Shown piece by piece: positions 21,124-31,752 of a DNA stretch of 64,000 bases. The notes below the pieces were generated by a model. It was not told the origin of the DNA, did not search any database, and worked only from the letters and a program-made list of their open reading frames with translations. The DNA comes from Cenarchaeum sp. (GTDB lineage: Archaea > Thermoproteota > Nitrososphaeria > Nitrososphaerales > Nitrosopumilaceae). Position 1 is the stretch's first letter, and every line of letters starts with the position of its first letter. The stretch covers positions 512,001 to 576,000 of the forward strand of contig OY843584.1 of the NCBI GenBank assembly GCA_963692915.1, given 5' to 3'. A program made the translations under genes and the position numbers.

Positions 21124-22379
21124 CCGTGGCGCGTGCGGCCGCCTCGCACATTCGCGACGCGCGCATGGGGAGGCGTGGACGAGTTTTGCACGAGTGGGCA
21201 GCATCACGGATGGGTGCGCTGCGCTGCGCGTCAGGCTCGTTTGCGCGATCCATGCCGCTTGACGGCCTGACAGTCGCATTCTGCCTGCAGCTGACCGCCG
21301 AGACGTCTGTTCTCGTGAGCGAGGCGATGCGCCTGGGCGCGCACGTCGTGGCATGTGCGGGCAATCCGCACACCACAGATGACGCAATTGCCGCACACCT
21401 TGTCTCAGAGGGCGCAACTGTCCATGCATGGGCGGGCCAGAGCGCACGCGAATTTCGCGTGTGCATTGCGCGCACTATGGCCTCGTCTCCGGACATTGTC
21501 GTCGATGACGGTGGTGAGCTCTCTGCTCTTGCGCACATGCCGGGGCGCGCTCCGCCGAAAATGCTCGGCGGGACAGAAGAGACGACCACGGGCGTGCGCA
21601 GGATGCGCGCGCTCTTGCGCGCACGCCGGCTCCATTACCCGATAATCGCAGTCAATGACTCTCGCACAAAGTCCACCTTTGACAACGCACATGGGACGGG
21701 ACAGTCAGCAGTTGATGCGCTCATGCGCTCATGCGGCCTCCTCTTTGCGCAAAAAACCATAGTGGTTGCCGGATATGGCCCTGTTGGCCGCGGCGTTGCG
21801 GCGCGCTGCTCCGGCCTGGGCGCACGCGTTATAGTCACAGAGACTGACGTGCTTCGCGCACTCGAGGCACACCTTGATGGCCACGAGGTCACAAGGATGG
21901 TCGATGCGGCGCGCAAGGGGGACATGTTTGTCACGTGCACCGGACAGCGTGGGGTCATCACCGCACGCCACGTCTCGCTCATGCGCGACGGCGCAGTCCT
22001 CGCAAACGTTGGGCACTTTGACGTGGAGATTGATGTTGCGGCATTGCGTGCTGCTGCGCTGAGAACTAGGCGACCTAGGCCACACGTCGAGGAGCTCACA
22101 ATGCGCAACGGCCGCCGCGTCAACATTGTGGCCGGCGGATATGTCGCAAACCTCGTTGCCGCCGAGGGCCACCCGCCTGAGATAATGGACATCTCCTTTG
22201 CAAACCAGCTCCGCTGCATCGCGCACCTTGCTCTGCACTCGGGCTCGATGGCGCCCGGCCTGCACGCAGTTCCTGCCGAGATTGACTCTCGCGTGGCCAT
22301 GGACGCACTCGATGCCGCAGGCGTGCGCATGGACACTCGTGCGCACGGTGGGGCTGAAGCTTTTAAGCGCGCTACGTGA
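21120..22379 (+). CDS. ahcY: Adenosylhomocysteinase paralogue, copy 2 (divergent)
   Basis: Collinear with copy 1 (EETTTG, TKSTFDN, GYGPVG, GHFD, EGHP) but CLQLTAET and no conserved C-terminal tail. GTGA overlap with the copy 1 stop. Confidence 0.85.
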   Translation: MTVARAAASHIRDARMGRRGRVLHEWAASRMGALRCASGSFARSMPLDGLTVAFCLQLTAETSVLVSEAMRLGAHVVACAGNPHTTDDAIAAHLVSEGATVHAWAGQSAREFRVCIARTMASSPDIVVDDGGELSALAHMPGRAPPKMLGGTEETTTGVRRMRALLRARRLHYPIIAVNDSRTKSTFDNAHGTGQSAVDALMRSCGLLFAQKTIVVAGYGPVGRGVAARCSGLGARVIVTETDVLRALEAHLDGHEVTRMVDAARKGDMFVTCTGQRGVITARHVSLMRDGAVLANVGHFDVEIDVAALRAAALRTRRPRPHVEELTMRNGRRVNIVAGGYVANLVAAEGHPPEIMDISFANQLRCIAHLALHSGSMAPGLHAVPAEIDSRVAMDALDAAGVRMDTRAHGGAEAFKRAT

Positions 22380-22389
22380 CGGGCAGACC

Positions 22390-24048
22390 ATGGCAGATAG
22401 GGCCATACTCACAAGCGCTCTGCCGTATGCCAACGGCGAGATACACCTTGGCCATATAGCCTCGACGTACCTGCCGGCTGACGTTACAACACGACATCTG
22501 CGGCAGCGCGGAGTCGAGGCATACTATGTGTGCGCGACTGATGACTATGGCACGCCAATACTGATCCAGTCCGAGCGCGAGGGCAAGACGCCGGCTGACT
22601 ATGTTGCAGAATGGAACGCGCGCGATGCGGCCGACTTTGCGTCCCTTGACATACGCTTTGATGCGTTCTCCTCAACGAGCAGCCCGTCATGCGCGGCGTT
22701 TGTGCGCGACGTCTATTCGCGGCTTCGCGAGGCCGGCCACATCTATGAAAAGGAGATCGTGCAGCTCTACTGTGACAAGGACTCGATGTTCCTGCCGGAT
22801 CGCTATGTCCATGGAACGTGCCCGCACTGCATGGCGCCAGACCAGTACTCTGACCTGTGCGAGTCGTGCGGCAAGGTTCCTGACAATATCCTTGACCCAA
22901 AGTGCTCTATCTGCGGCATGACGCCCCAAAAGCGCTCAACGACCCACCATTTCTTTGCGCTGAGCCACTTTGCTGACTCGCTGCGCGAATGGCTAGAGGG
23001 TGCTGACGGCCTGCAGCGCGACGTTCGAAAGTATGTCCTCGACTGGATATCGCAGGGTCTGTCTGACTGGGACATCACGCGCGACATATCATGGGGAGTG
23101 AGCATTCCGGGCGACGAAAAGCGCGTCTTTTACGGATGGTTTGACAACCACCTTGCGTACATATCGGCCACGCTCTCGGCCCTGGAGGAGCGTGGCATCG
23201 ACGGCAAGGAGTTCTGGAACTCGGCTGATCTCTACCACTTTATAGGAAAAGATATCGTGTACCACCACTTTCTCTTTCTGCCCGCAGTCCGGATGGGCAT
23301 TGGAGGCGAGTTCAAGCTTCCGGTTCACATGCCCGTTCGTGGACACCTCACGCTAGGCGGCAAAAAGATATCAAAGAGCCGCGGATGGTACATATCAATT
23401 CGGGACTTTTTGTCGAACTATCCGGCAGACTATCTGCGGTTCTACCTCCTCCTTGCGACTCCCTACTCGCAGGATGACCTCAACTTTGACTGGGACGACT
23501 TTGCGCTCCGCATAAACAAGGAGCTGGTCGGCAACATCGGCAACTTTGTCCACCGTACGCTCTCGTTTACGGGCAAGTCATTTGACGGGCGCGTGCCGCA
23601 GCCTGACTCCGAGTCTGAAGCAGACGTGTCTGCGCGCCGTCAGATCGAGGGGCTAGCTGCCAGGGTCGGCGAGCTTGTCAGTGCCGGCCACCTTGATCGC
23701 GCGCTCAAGGAGATACTGGCATTCTCTGCGCACTTTAACCAGTACTTTCAGCACTGTGAGCCCTGGAAGGGCGGTCCGGGCGCGCCGACCTGCCTGCATC
23801 TGTCGGCAAATGCGGTACGAAGCCTCGCCATTGCATTGTGCGCGTTCATGCCGTCCTCTGCGCAGCGCATGTGGGAGCAGCTCGGGGAGAAGGGCAGCGT
23901 TTCAGAACAGAAATGGGAATCAGCCTCCGAGATCTCCCTTGGTGCAGGACACGCGATAGGCACCCCCAGCGCGCTCTTTGCAAAGGTTGATGCCACCGAG
24001 ATTGATGGCCTAAAGGCATCTCTTGTAGGCAACGCACACCCTGCGTGA
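22390..24048 (+). CDS. metG: Methionine--tRNA ligase
   Basis: TSALPYANGEIHLGH, zinc knuckles, FIGKDI, KISKS. Confidence 0.97.
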   Translation: MADRAILTSALPYANGEIHLGHIASTYLPADVTTRHLRQRGVEAYYVCATDDYGTPILIQSEREGKTPADYVAEWNARDAADFASLDIRFDAFSSTSSPSCAAFVRDVYSRLREAGHIYEKEIVQLYCDKDSMFLPDRYVHGTCPHCMAPDQYSDLCESCGKVPDNILDPKCSICGMTPQKRSTTHHFFALSHFADSLREWLEGADGLQRDVRKYVLDWISQGLSDWDITRDISWGVSIPGDEKRVFYGWFDNHLAYISATLSALEERGIDGKEFWNSADLYHFIGKDIVYHHFLFLPAVRMGIGGEFKLPVHMPVRGHLTLGGKKISKSRGWYISIRDFLSNYPADYLRFYLLLATPYSQDDLNFDWDDFALRINKELVGNIGNFVHRTLSFTGKSFDGRVPQPDSESEADVSARRQIEGLAARVGELVSAGHLDRALKEILAFSAHFNQYFQHCEPWKGGPGAPTCLHLSANAVRSLAIALCAFMPSSAQRMWEQLGEKGSVSEQKWESASEISLGAGHAIGTPSALFAKVDATEIDGLKASLVGNAHPA

Positions 24049-24327
24049 GGAGCCGCATATGTGGTGTGACTGTGCCATGTTGTGGCATGGCAGCCGTGGT
24101 TTTCAAGAACCCGTTTGTAAAGAATAACACAGTTGTCTTGTACACACATCGTGTGCCCATCTGCAGCCCATACGAGGTTTGAGCACTCAATGGGTTCAAT
24201 GCATGTGTCAGGTCGTCTGTGTGACGCACTTGACATATTGCCCAACTCACCTGTGTGTGGGCTGTATCTGGCGCATCATGCCTCATCACAAAGGTACATA
24301 AGCTGACTCTGGGGAACCGCGCGTGAC

Positions 24328-24798
24328 GTGATATCTCCAGGAGACGCGCTGCCTGACTTTGAGCTCGCCGATGCCGACGGCAACACATTCTCGTCAGCCG
24401 ACCTTGCGGGCAAGAAATGCGCGATCTATTTCTATCCAAAAGACTTTACGCCAGGCTGCACGACACAGGCCGACGAGTTTACGCGTGAGCACGCAAAATT
24501 CAAAAAGGCCGGCATAGTCATAGTGGGAATAAGCCCTGATGACGAAACGTCGCACAAGAAATTCTGCGCAAAGATGGGCATACCATACACGCTCCTTGCT
24601 GACACTGGCCACAAGGTCGCCGGCATGTTTGGCGTGTGGGGCAAGAAAAAGTTCATGGGGCGCGAGTACATGGGAGTCAACAGGACAACGTTCCTTGTTG
24701 GTGCCGATGGGGTGGTTCTTGACGTCCTCCAAAAGGTAAAGCCGGCTGGTCATGCAGAGCACGTCCTGGGTCTGTTTGCCGCCAAGCGCACACGTTAG
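24328..24798 (+). CDS. bcp: Peroxiredoxin, BCP/PrxQ family
   Basis: YFYPKDFTPGCTTQA, GISPD, RTTFLV. Confidence 0.92.
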   Translation: MISPGDALPDFELADADGNTFSSADLAGKKCAIYFYPKDFTPGCTTQADEFTREHAKFKKAGIVIVGISPDDETSHKKFCAKMGIPYTLLADTGHKVAGMFGVWGKKKFMGREYMGVNRTTFLVGADGVVLDVLQKVKPAGHAEHVLGLFAAKRTR

Positions 24799-24860
24799 CG
24801 ATCCACGATCGATCATGCCTGAGCGCAACAGCTCAAGTTTTATGTGCGCAAGCCGGCCTC

Positions 24861-25244
24861 TTGCGCGTGGACGACTTTGAGCGCGAGTATCCGGGGTTTG
24901 ACTGGAGGAACACGCCGGCGTATCGGCATCCTGGCGGCAAGGACTGTCCTTGCCCAAAGCACGAGTACATACGGGAGCAGATGCGGCACGCCGAGATGCT
25001 CAACGCGTCTGGCGAGCGCGGCGAGCGCGTCACGCTAAAGTTTTGCCCTGATCACCATGACGTCTACTTTAATGAGGTTATCCCGTCCATGCCATTCAAG
25101 TTTCGCATGCTCACAAAGATTGCGCTAAAGGTTGGGGCGATCAACGTCGTAAAGCTAGGGCACATGCAGTCAGACCTGTGCTTTTACTGCCGGTTTGGCT
25201 CTGGCGGCCACGGCAAAAAGAGCGAGCTCCCGCCAGTGTCCTGA
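24861..25244 (+). CDS. Hypothetical Cys/His-rich protein
   Basis: 127-aa ORF with host-like codon usage; CPCPKH, FCPDH, CFYC; TATA-like element upstream. Confidence 0.7.
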   Translation: MRVDDFEREYPGFDWRNTPAYRHPGGKDCPCPKHEYIREQMRHAEMLNASGERGERVTLKFCPDHHDVYFNEVIPSMPFKFRMLTKIALKVGAINVVKLGHMQSDLCFYCRFGSGGHGKKSELPPVS

Positions 25245-25347
25245 ACAGCCCGTCATCTGCGCTCCCTGCGCACATGCGAAACCCGTCAAGATTGAGGCGT
25301 GCGCGCGTTAGGCTTATACCGACGCGTGCGGTGGCCACGGCGTGGCA

Positions 25348-26796
25348 ATGGACAGTCTGGGCGACTTTGTCGACGCACTCGAGCGCGACGGCGAGCTGCG
25401 GCGCGTTAGCACCGAGGTGAGCACCGACCTTGAGATTGCCGAGATACTGCGACGCGTGACCTATGCGCACGGCCCGGCAGTGCTCTTTGAGAACGTTGCC
25501 GGAGGCGACATTCCGGTTCTTGGCAACGCGTTTGGCTCCATGCGCCGCTTGGAGATTGGACTCGGCACGGCTGACTTTGAGGGAATTGGCTCGCGCATTG
25601 CGGATCTTGCGCGCATGGAGGTGCCATCTGGCATGCTCGGCAAGATCAAAAAGCTTCCAGAGCTCTCGCGCATGGGAGACGCGTTTCCAAAGGAGGTAAA
25701 GTCAGGCCCTGTCACCGAGATCGCCGGCGAGGGCTCATTGGCAGGCCTGCCGATCCTAAAGACGTGGCCCCACGATGCGGGACACTTTGTCACGTTTGGC
25801 CTCGTCGCGACAAAGCACCCTGACACGGGCACGTACAATCTTGGAGTCTATAGGATGCAGGTAGTCGATGACACGCACGCAATAATGCACTGGCAGCGCC
25901 ACAAGCGCGGCGCACAGCACCACGAGGAGGCCGTCTCGCGCGGCCAGAGAACAGAGGCCGCAGTGATCATCGGCGCGGATCCCGCGACGGTGTTCTCTGC
26001 AGTGGCCCCTGTTCCTGAAGGCCTTGACAAGTACCTCTTTGCCGGAATTGTCCGCAAGTCCGGAATTCGAACCGTTCGCTGCAGGACAGTCGACATTAAC
26101 GTGCCGGCTACTGCCGAGATCGTCCTGGAGGGATATGTCGACTCTGCTGACATGCGCGATGAGGGTCCCTTTGGCGACCACACGGGCTATTATACGCCAG
26201 TTGGCCGCTATCCGACATTCACAATCACCGGAATGATGCGCCGCAAGCGGCCACTCTACCTTACGACCGTTGTGGGCAAGCCTGTCCTCGAGGACGCGTA
26301 CATTGGCAAGGCCATAGAGCGCTCATTCCTGCCGCTCCTGCGCATGATGCAGCCCGAGATAGTCGACTTTGCGATGCCACCGGCCGGATGGTTTCACGGA
26401 CTCGCCGTCGCCTCGATCAAAAAGCGCTACCCCGGCCAGGCCAAAAAGGTGATGATGGGACTCTGGGGCATGGGCCAGCTCTCTCTCACAAAGACCATAG
26501 TCGTCGTAGATGATGACATTGACGTCCATGACGTCAATGACGTCATGTGGGCAGTCACAACGCGCGCAGACCCAGCGCGTGACACGCTCATAGTGGACAA
26601 TGCGCCAACTGACACGTTGGATCCCGCCTCTCCGCGCCCAAACCACGGCTCAAAGATGGGCATTGACGCGACGACAAAGACTCGCGAGGAGGGGCACATG
26701 CGTGAGGAGCAGGTTCAAGTTGCCGTCGACGAGCAGACGCGCTCGCTTGTCGAGTCTAGATGGGCAGCCTATGGGCTCGGCACGACTGGCGCGTAA
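25348..26796 (+). CDS. UbiD-family decarboxylase (menaquinone biosynthesis, MqnL-like)
   Basis: GPAVLFENV, NLGVYRMQ, EIVLEG, EGPFGDHTGYY, SKMGIDAT; adjacent to an mqnC-like gene. Confidence 0.9.
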   Translation: MDSLGDFVDALERDGELRRVSTEVSTDLEIAEILRRVTYAHGPAVLFENVAGGDIPVLGNAFGSMRRLEIGLGTADFEGIGSRIADLARMEVPSGMLGKIKKLPELSRMGDAFPKEVKSGPVTEIAGEGSLAGLPILKTWPHDAGHFVTFGLVATKHPDTGTYNLGVYRMQVVDDTHAIMHWQRHKRGAQHHEEAVSRGQRTEAAVIIGADPATVFSAVAPVPEGLDKYLFAGIVRKSGIRTVRCRTVDINVPATAEIVLEGYVDSADMRDEGPFGDHTGYYTPVGRYPTFTITGMMRRKRPLYLTTVVGKPVLEDAYIGKAIERSFLPLLRMMQPEIVDFAMPPAGWFHGLAVASIKKRYPGQAKKVMMGLWGMGQLSLTKTIVVVDDDIDVHDVNDVMWAVTTRADPARDTLIVDNAPTDTLDPASPRPNHGSKMGIDATTKTREEGHMREEQVQVAVDEQTRSLVESRWAAYGLGTTGA

Positions 26797-27887
26797 AAGT
26801 TGTCGCGCTCGACGGGCTCATAGCCTATCTGGCGCACGGATGCCTCTATTGCCTCGCCGCTGAGCTCCGTCGAGCGAGAGCCCGTGCACGAGACGACCTC
26901 CTCGCCAATGAGCGTGCCGCCAAAGTCGTCTGCGCCGTACTCTAGGGCAAGCTGCGCCATGCCGACGCCGTTTGTGAGCCATGACGACTGGAGATGCGGT
27001 ATGATCGAGTCAAAGATAATCCGCGATATGGCGATCATCTTTAGCAGGCGCGCGCCACCGGCGCCGTGTGTGACGGTTCCCTCTTCGGCAAGCTGCGTGT
27101 TGTTTGGCTCAAAGTTCCACGGTATGAACGCCATGAACCCGCGCGTCTTCTCCTGCAGTCTCGCTATGCGCTCAATATGCTCGGCAATCTCGCCGGGCTC
27201 CTCGACGTGGCCGTACATCATGCTAGCCGAGGCCGGCATTCCGAGGTCGTGGCACTCCTCCATTATGCGAATCCACTCCGAGCTCGTTATCTTTTTTGGG
27301 CTGATTATGTCCCTCACGCGGTCAGTGAGTATCTCGGCTCCGGCTCCGGGCATGGACTGCATGCCTGAGTCCTTTAGCCTCGAGAGAACCTCTCGCGTGG
27401 ATGACTTTGACACGCGCGCTATCATGTCTATCTCTGAGGCAGACAGCGCATGAACGCCAACCTTTGGGAACTCTGCGCGCATCATCGAGAAGGCCTCCTC
27501 ATAGTACTCGATCGGCAGATTGGGGTTGTGACCACCCTGTATGAGAACCTGCCTTATGCCAAATGCCTCCCACGCCGTCTTTACGCGTGCCCTGATCTGG
27601 TCTAGCGTGAGCGTGTATGCCTCATCATCGCCGGGAGGCCTGTAGAACGCGCAGAACTTGCAGTCCGTGACGCAGACGTTGGTATAGTTGAGTATGATAT
27701 TGTTGACGTATGTCACCTTCTTTCCAAAGCGCCTGCGCACAAGGTGGTTTGCCACCATGCCCATCAGCTCCGACTCGTCTGACTCTAGGAGCCTAAGGCA
27801 GTCCTCGCGCGATGGCCGCGCGCCGGCGATCGCCGACTCGAGAATGTCGCCAATGTCAGAGCTGACCTGCTCCACAAGCTGCCTCAA
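26769..27887 (-). CDS. mqnC: CofH/MqnC-family radical SAM protein, probably cyclic dehypoxanthine futalosine synthase
   Basis: NYTNVCVTDCKFCAFYR, QGGHNP, PGAGAEIL, FMAFIPWNF, GADDFGGT. TTG start at 27887. Confidence 0.8.
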   Translation of the reverse strand: MRQLVEQVSSDIGDILESAIAGARPSREDCLRLLESDESELMGMVANHLVRRRFGKKVTYVNNIILNYTNVCVTDCKFCAFYRPPGDDEAYTLTLDQIRARVKTAWEAFGIRQVLIQGGHNPNLPIEYYEEAFSMMRAEFPKVGVHALSASEIDMIARVSKSSTREVLSRLKDSGMQSMPGAGAEILTDRVRDIISPKKITSSEWIRIMEECHDLGMPASASMMYGHVEEPGEIAEHIERIARLQEKTRGFMAFIPWNFEPNNTQLAEEGTVTHGAGGARLLKMIAISRIIFDSIIPHLQSSWLTNGVGMAQLALEYGADDFGGTLIGEEVVSCTGSRSTELSGEAIEASVRQIGYEPVERDNFYAPVVPSP

Positions 27888-28135
27888 TGACGCGATTGGG
27901 GCATCGCCTCTATATTTAATCTTGGGAGGCTGCACGTGGACTGCTGGCGCACGGTCTGGCGATCGGCGGCCTGCGAGCCTGCAGGCGGTTCCAGATGGTA
28001 CGTTCAGGGCATGCGGCAACGGCCGGCATTGCGCAGCAGACGGGCAATGGGGTAAGATTTGGCAGGCGCGATGGTCTCGTTTGCGGCCCACGGCCCCACA
28101 CCTGCTTTATTACCCGATGGCGCCATCGCCGTGCG

Positions 28136-29293
28136 GTGATCGCAGACTCGCGTCTCGTGAGGGAGGCGCTTGCCAGGGAGTGGAACGAGCGCGTTGCTGC
28201 GTCATCACCACAGTGGCGCGACGGGGTGGACGGCTCGAGCCCGCCGTCAGTCTTTGTGGGTTCGCACATGTACCCGAGCCTTGGTGTCGGGCCACTTGTT
28301 CCCGCCGCACACGGTGACACGAGCATCTATGACTCACCGGAGCGCTGGGGCGACATGTCACTTGAGGACATTGTGTCACTCCGGCTTCGACTTGTGCGCG
28401 GTGTGCGCAGGGTTCGCGCAGAGGAGACTGACAGCAGGTATGTGCGATCACTCCAAGAGGTGGCCATGGCATCGCGGCCGACTGATGCCGAGCTGAGCTT
28501 TGAGCGCCCTGCGGCCACGCAGGGCGTGCCTGACGGGCATGCAGCGCCGTTTGGGCCAGTTGGGGAGATAAGGTCAGCGTCGTTTGCCGGCGCGCCTGTG
28601 TTTCGGACACTAGAGCGCGCGCACGAGGACACGGACATGGGGGCCGCCACGGCGATCCTTGAGCTCTACCGCGCAGGAGTGGACATTACCAGAATACAGA
28701 GGTGCCTCAGCATTGGGATGTTTGGGAAACGCCGACGGCTTGTCCCGACGCGATGGGGCATAACCGCAGTTGACTCTGTGATATCGTCCTCGCTGTCGCG
28801 CGAGGCCATGGAGATGCCCGAGCTCGACTCGTGGCGCGTGTTTGCCTCAGAAAGGCTTGGAAACATGTATGCGGTGATCCTCTATCCGCACGCATGGAGG
28901 TACGAGATGGTCGAGGCGTGGCCGAGGGAGGATGGCACGATGGCCTTTGGGTCAGACTCTGAGGGCCATGCGGGAATTGACCACGCTCCGGCCATCGCCG
29001 GCGCGTACCACGCCGCGCGGCTCGCCGTCTGCGAGCACCTCGTGCGCATCGGCGCACACGCCGGCGCGCTCGTCCTGCGCGAGATACGGCCAGAGTACTC
29101 TGTGCCAGTTGGCGTGTGGCAGGTTCGCGAGGGCGTGCGCGAGGCGATGCGCTCCACGCACACAGTCGTGGACGGGATAGACGAGGCGATTAAGCTGGCC
29201 TCGTCCAGGACCAGCGTGAGTGCCGCCGAGTGGCTCTCGCACGGGACTACGGCACGCGAGCTGCATCAGAGGACGATTGCCGAGTTCATGTGA
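28136..29293 (+). CDS. Archaeal DNA repair protein Nre
   Basis: GSSPPSVFVG..YP, LVPTRWGITAVDS, AGAYHAARLAV, PVGVWQVRE, C-terminal PIP motif QRTIAEF; no N-terminal zinc finger. Confidence 0.85.
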   Translation: MIADSRLVREALAREWNERVAASSPQWRDGVDGSSPPSVFVGSHMYPSLGVGPLVPAAHGDTSIYDSPERWGDMSLEDIVSLRLRLVRGVRRVRAEETDSRYVRSLQEVAMASRPTDAELSFERPAATQGVPDGHAAPFGPVGEIRSASFAGAPVFRTLERAHEDTDMGAATAILELYRAGVDITRIQRCLSIGMFGKRRRLVPTRWGITAVDSVISSSLSREAMEMPELDSWRVFASERLGNMYAVILYPHAWRYEMVEAWPREDGTMAFGSDSEGHAGIDHAPAIAGAYHAARLAVCEHLVRIGAHAGALVLREIRPEYSVPVGVWQVREGVREAMRSTHTVVDGIDEAIKLASSRTSVSAAEWLSHGTTARELHQRTIAEFM

Positions 29294-29350
29294 GGCGCAT
29301 CTCTGCGCCCACAGAACTGTTTATTTGTGCGCATATGGGGTTGTGTGGGC

Positions 29351-30277
29351 ATGGTGAATGCGATGATGCTCGTGGGCATGGCGCTAGTCGCCGCACCCGT
29401 GGCATTTGCGTTTGTGGCGTATCCGGACACGTTTGAGCTTGGCTGGAACCAGGGACGCGGCGGTGCGCTCTTTGCAGTGGCCTTTGCCGTGGCCGAGCTT
29501 GCAATGCTGCGAGTCGCGATCAGCACGCACCGCATTGCCGCATGCGTGCCCATTGCCGCCGGCGCCATCGCGTATATAGCGGCAGCCGAGTCTGGCCTGC
29601 GCGACACGCTGGCCTCGACATCGATGGCCGCCGGAGTCGAGCTGTCTGCGTCATGGGCATGGATGTGGGACATTGCGATAATCACGGCGTTTATCGTGGC
29701 CACGCTCCATGTCCTTCTCGGGCTCAGGTGGCTGCGCCTCACGCCGGCCGGCCCCATCTTTCTTGGCGGTAGCGCGCTCATCCTGGGCCTTGATGCGTAC
29801 TTTCCATACAACAAGCTCGGCGCGCTCCAGTACGTGGTTCCGTACATGGTCGAGCTAAACGTGTGGCTCGTCGGGGTCTTTGATCTTGGCGTGGCCAACG
29901 CGCGCGACAACATGATGTTCCTGAGCGGCGACCACGGGCACTTTGCGCTCCAGGTCTTTTGGCCGTCAGCCGGCGTTCACAGCATAATCATCTATTCGCT
30001 TGTGATGATGGCGTTTCTCCTAAAGATGCGCGTGCCGGCGCACCGCAAGGCCATATGGTTTGCCATCGGCATCGTCGGGACGATCACGGTAAACGTCATT
30101 AGGATATTCCTCCTGTCGTGGTATGCGCTAAAGGTCACGACTGACGCCGAGCGCTGGGAGGAGTTCCATTCAGTCGCCGGCGAGATCATGTTCTTGCCCT
30201 GGCTCTTTGCGTTCATCGTGCTCGTCATGGCAGTCGAGACGCGCCGCGCGCGCAGGATGGAGCAGGCTCAGGAATAG
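29351..30277 (+). CDS. Thaumarchaeosortase (archaeosortase/exosortase family)
   Basis: Multi-TM; VFWPSAGVHS (Ser at the usual catalytic Cys), NVIRI, FHSVAGE. Start 29327 or 29351. Confidence 0.85.
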   Translation: MVNAMMLVGMALVAAPVAFAFVAYPDTFELGWNQGRGGALFAVAFAVAELAMLRVAISTHRIAACVPIAAGAIAYIAAAESGLRDTLASTSMAAGVELSASWAWMWDIAIITAFIVATLHVLLGLRWLRLTPAGPIFLGGSALILGLDAYFPYNKLGALQYVVPYMVELNVWLVGVFDLGVANARDNMMFLSGDHGHFALQVFWPSAGVHSIIIYSLVMMAFLLKMRVPAHRKAIWFAIGIVGTITVNVIRIFLLSWYALKVTTDAERWEEFHSVAGEIMFLPWLFAFIVLVMAVETRRARRMEQAQE

Positions 30278-31359
30278 TCGTCCATGCTGGCCTGACCGCC
30301 GGCCTCTCCGAGCTCAGACACCCTGACCCCTAGGCGCCTCACGGGGATCTCTTGGGACTTTAGCGCTTCCTGCAGGAGCGACAGCGCGGCGCGCTCCATC
30401 TCGCGCAGCGACGACGTTGGGCTTCGAAGCGTAGTCGATCGTGATCTCGTTGCCATGTTTGCCTGGATGATCTGTATCCCCACACAACGAAACGTCCTCG
30501 AGTCGGCAGTAATGGCCCTGTGGACGCCTTCGCACAGGGGCCCGACGCTTGCGGACAGAAACCCCGAGTCAGTCGAGTCACGCGAGAGCGTCACGATCTT
30601 GCTGTACTGGACGTTGGGCCCGCGCTCGGCCACCGGCTCGTCGTCCTTTCCATTTGACACGTTATGCAGGTGTGTTCCCATGCGCCGCCCATATGCCTCG
30701 ACTAGCGAAAAGACGCCACGTTCACGAATGTCTGCGACTGTCTTTAGCCCGTTTGAGACCAGTGACTCCTCTGCCCTCTTGCCGAGGCCGGGTATCTTGC
30801 GCACGCCCATTGGCCCCATGAACTCCTTTACTGTCTCTGGCGTCACAACCGTGAGGCCATCGGGCTTTTGATGGTCAGACGCAATCTTTGCGACCAGCCT
30901 GTTTGGCGCCACCCCTATCGAGCACGTGAGTGACACGCCTGCACGCACGTCGTTCTTTACCTGCTGCGCTATGTGTCGCGCAGTGTCATAGCTCCCCGAT
31001 GTCCTCTGCGTCACGTCCAGGTATGCCTCATCACGCCCGACATACTCGAATATGTCCGCATGTCCCCTGATTATCTCCATCGCGCGCTCCGAGATATCGC
31101 CATAAAACCCAAAGTCAACTGGCAAAAACTCTGCCTCCGGCACGTCCTCTAGGCGCCTGCGGGCCAGGCTTATCGACATGCCGGACTTTACGCCATGCTC
31201 GCGTGCCACATAGTTTGCCGTCGCGACTGCGCCACTGTCCCCACCCCTCCCGGAAAAGACGCAGACCACGAGCGGGACTGCGCAAAGGGCAGGCCTGCGC
31301 GTCTCCTCGCACTGTGCGTAGAAATGGTCAAAGTCCACGTGCATGACTATTCTCTCCAT
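30268..31359 (-). CDS. dinB: Y-family DNA polymerase IV (Dpo4/DinB)
   Basis: MHVDFDHFYAQCE, ATANYVAR, GRDEAYLD, AKIASDHQKPDG, IPGLG, VRRLGVRV. Confidence 0.93.
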   Translation of the reverse strand: MERIVMHVDFDHFYAQCEETRRPALCAVPLVVCVFSGRGGDSGAVATANYVAREHGVKSGMSISLARRRLEDVPEAEFLPVDFGFYGDISERAMEIIRGHADIFEYVGRDEAYLDVTQRTSGSYDTARHIAQQVKNDVRAGVSLTCSIGVAPNRLVAKIASDHQKPDGLTVVTPETVKEFMGPMGVRKIPGLGKRAEESLVSNGLKTVADIRERGVFSLVEAYGRRMGTHLHNVSNGKDDEPVAERGPNVQYSKIVTLSRDSTDSGFLSASVGPLCEGVHRAITADSRTFRCVGIQIIQANMATRSRSTTLRSPTSSLREMERAALSLLQEALKSQEIPVRRLGVRVSELGEAGGQASMDDYS

Positions 31360-31509
31360 CTGCGCGCAGCGGCCCGCACACGGGCCATATATCTCGCTGG
31401 CGCGCAAGGGTCGGCAGGACCGCCCCTGTGACCACCGGGTGTTGGGCTAAATAGCCCCCCCGCGCCGCTGCCCCCCATGGAGAGGGCGGTGTCTGCCGGC
31501 GAGGGCGGA

Positions 31510-31752
31510 ATGAAGGTCAGGCCCGAGCTCATGGAGACTGACACGCTATACCATTGCATTGCGGGAGGCAGGCTCATGCTGGTGTATCGCGACGCGCAGG
31601 AGATAATGCACTGCTATGAGGTTGATGACGAGAGCCTGCTCAAAGCCGTTCGCTCGTGTCCTACCTATGAGGAGGCCTCGCGCCTGCTAGAGCGCATGGG
31701 CGAGGGGGACATGAATAGGGTTATTAACCAACAGGATCCGAGTGATGCCACA
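31510..31752 (+). CDS. Small hypothetical protein/domain in frame with the downstream Alba gene (no stop)
   Basis: Globular-looking MKVRPELMETDTLYHCI..HCYEVDD segment; reads through an apparent promoter into Alba. Confidence 0.55.

Noticed and set aside
29351-30277. Sortase with Ser in place of the catalytic Cys
   Set aside because: This is a described hallmark of the thaumarchaeosortase family, not new.
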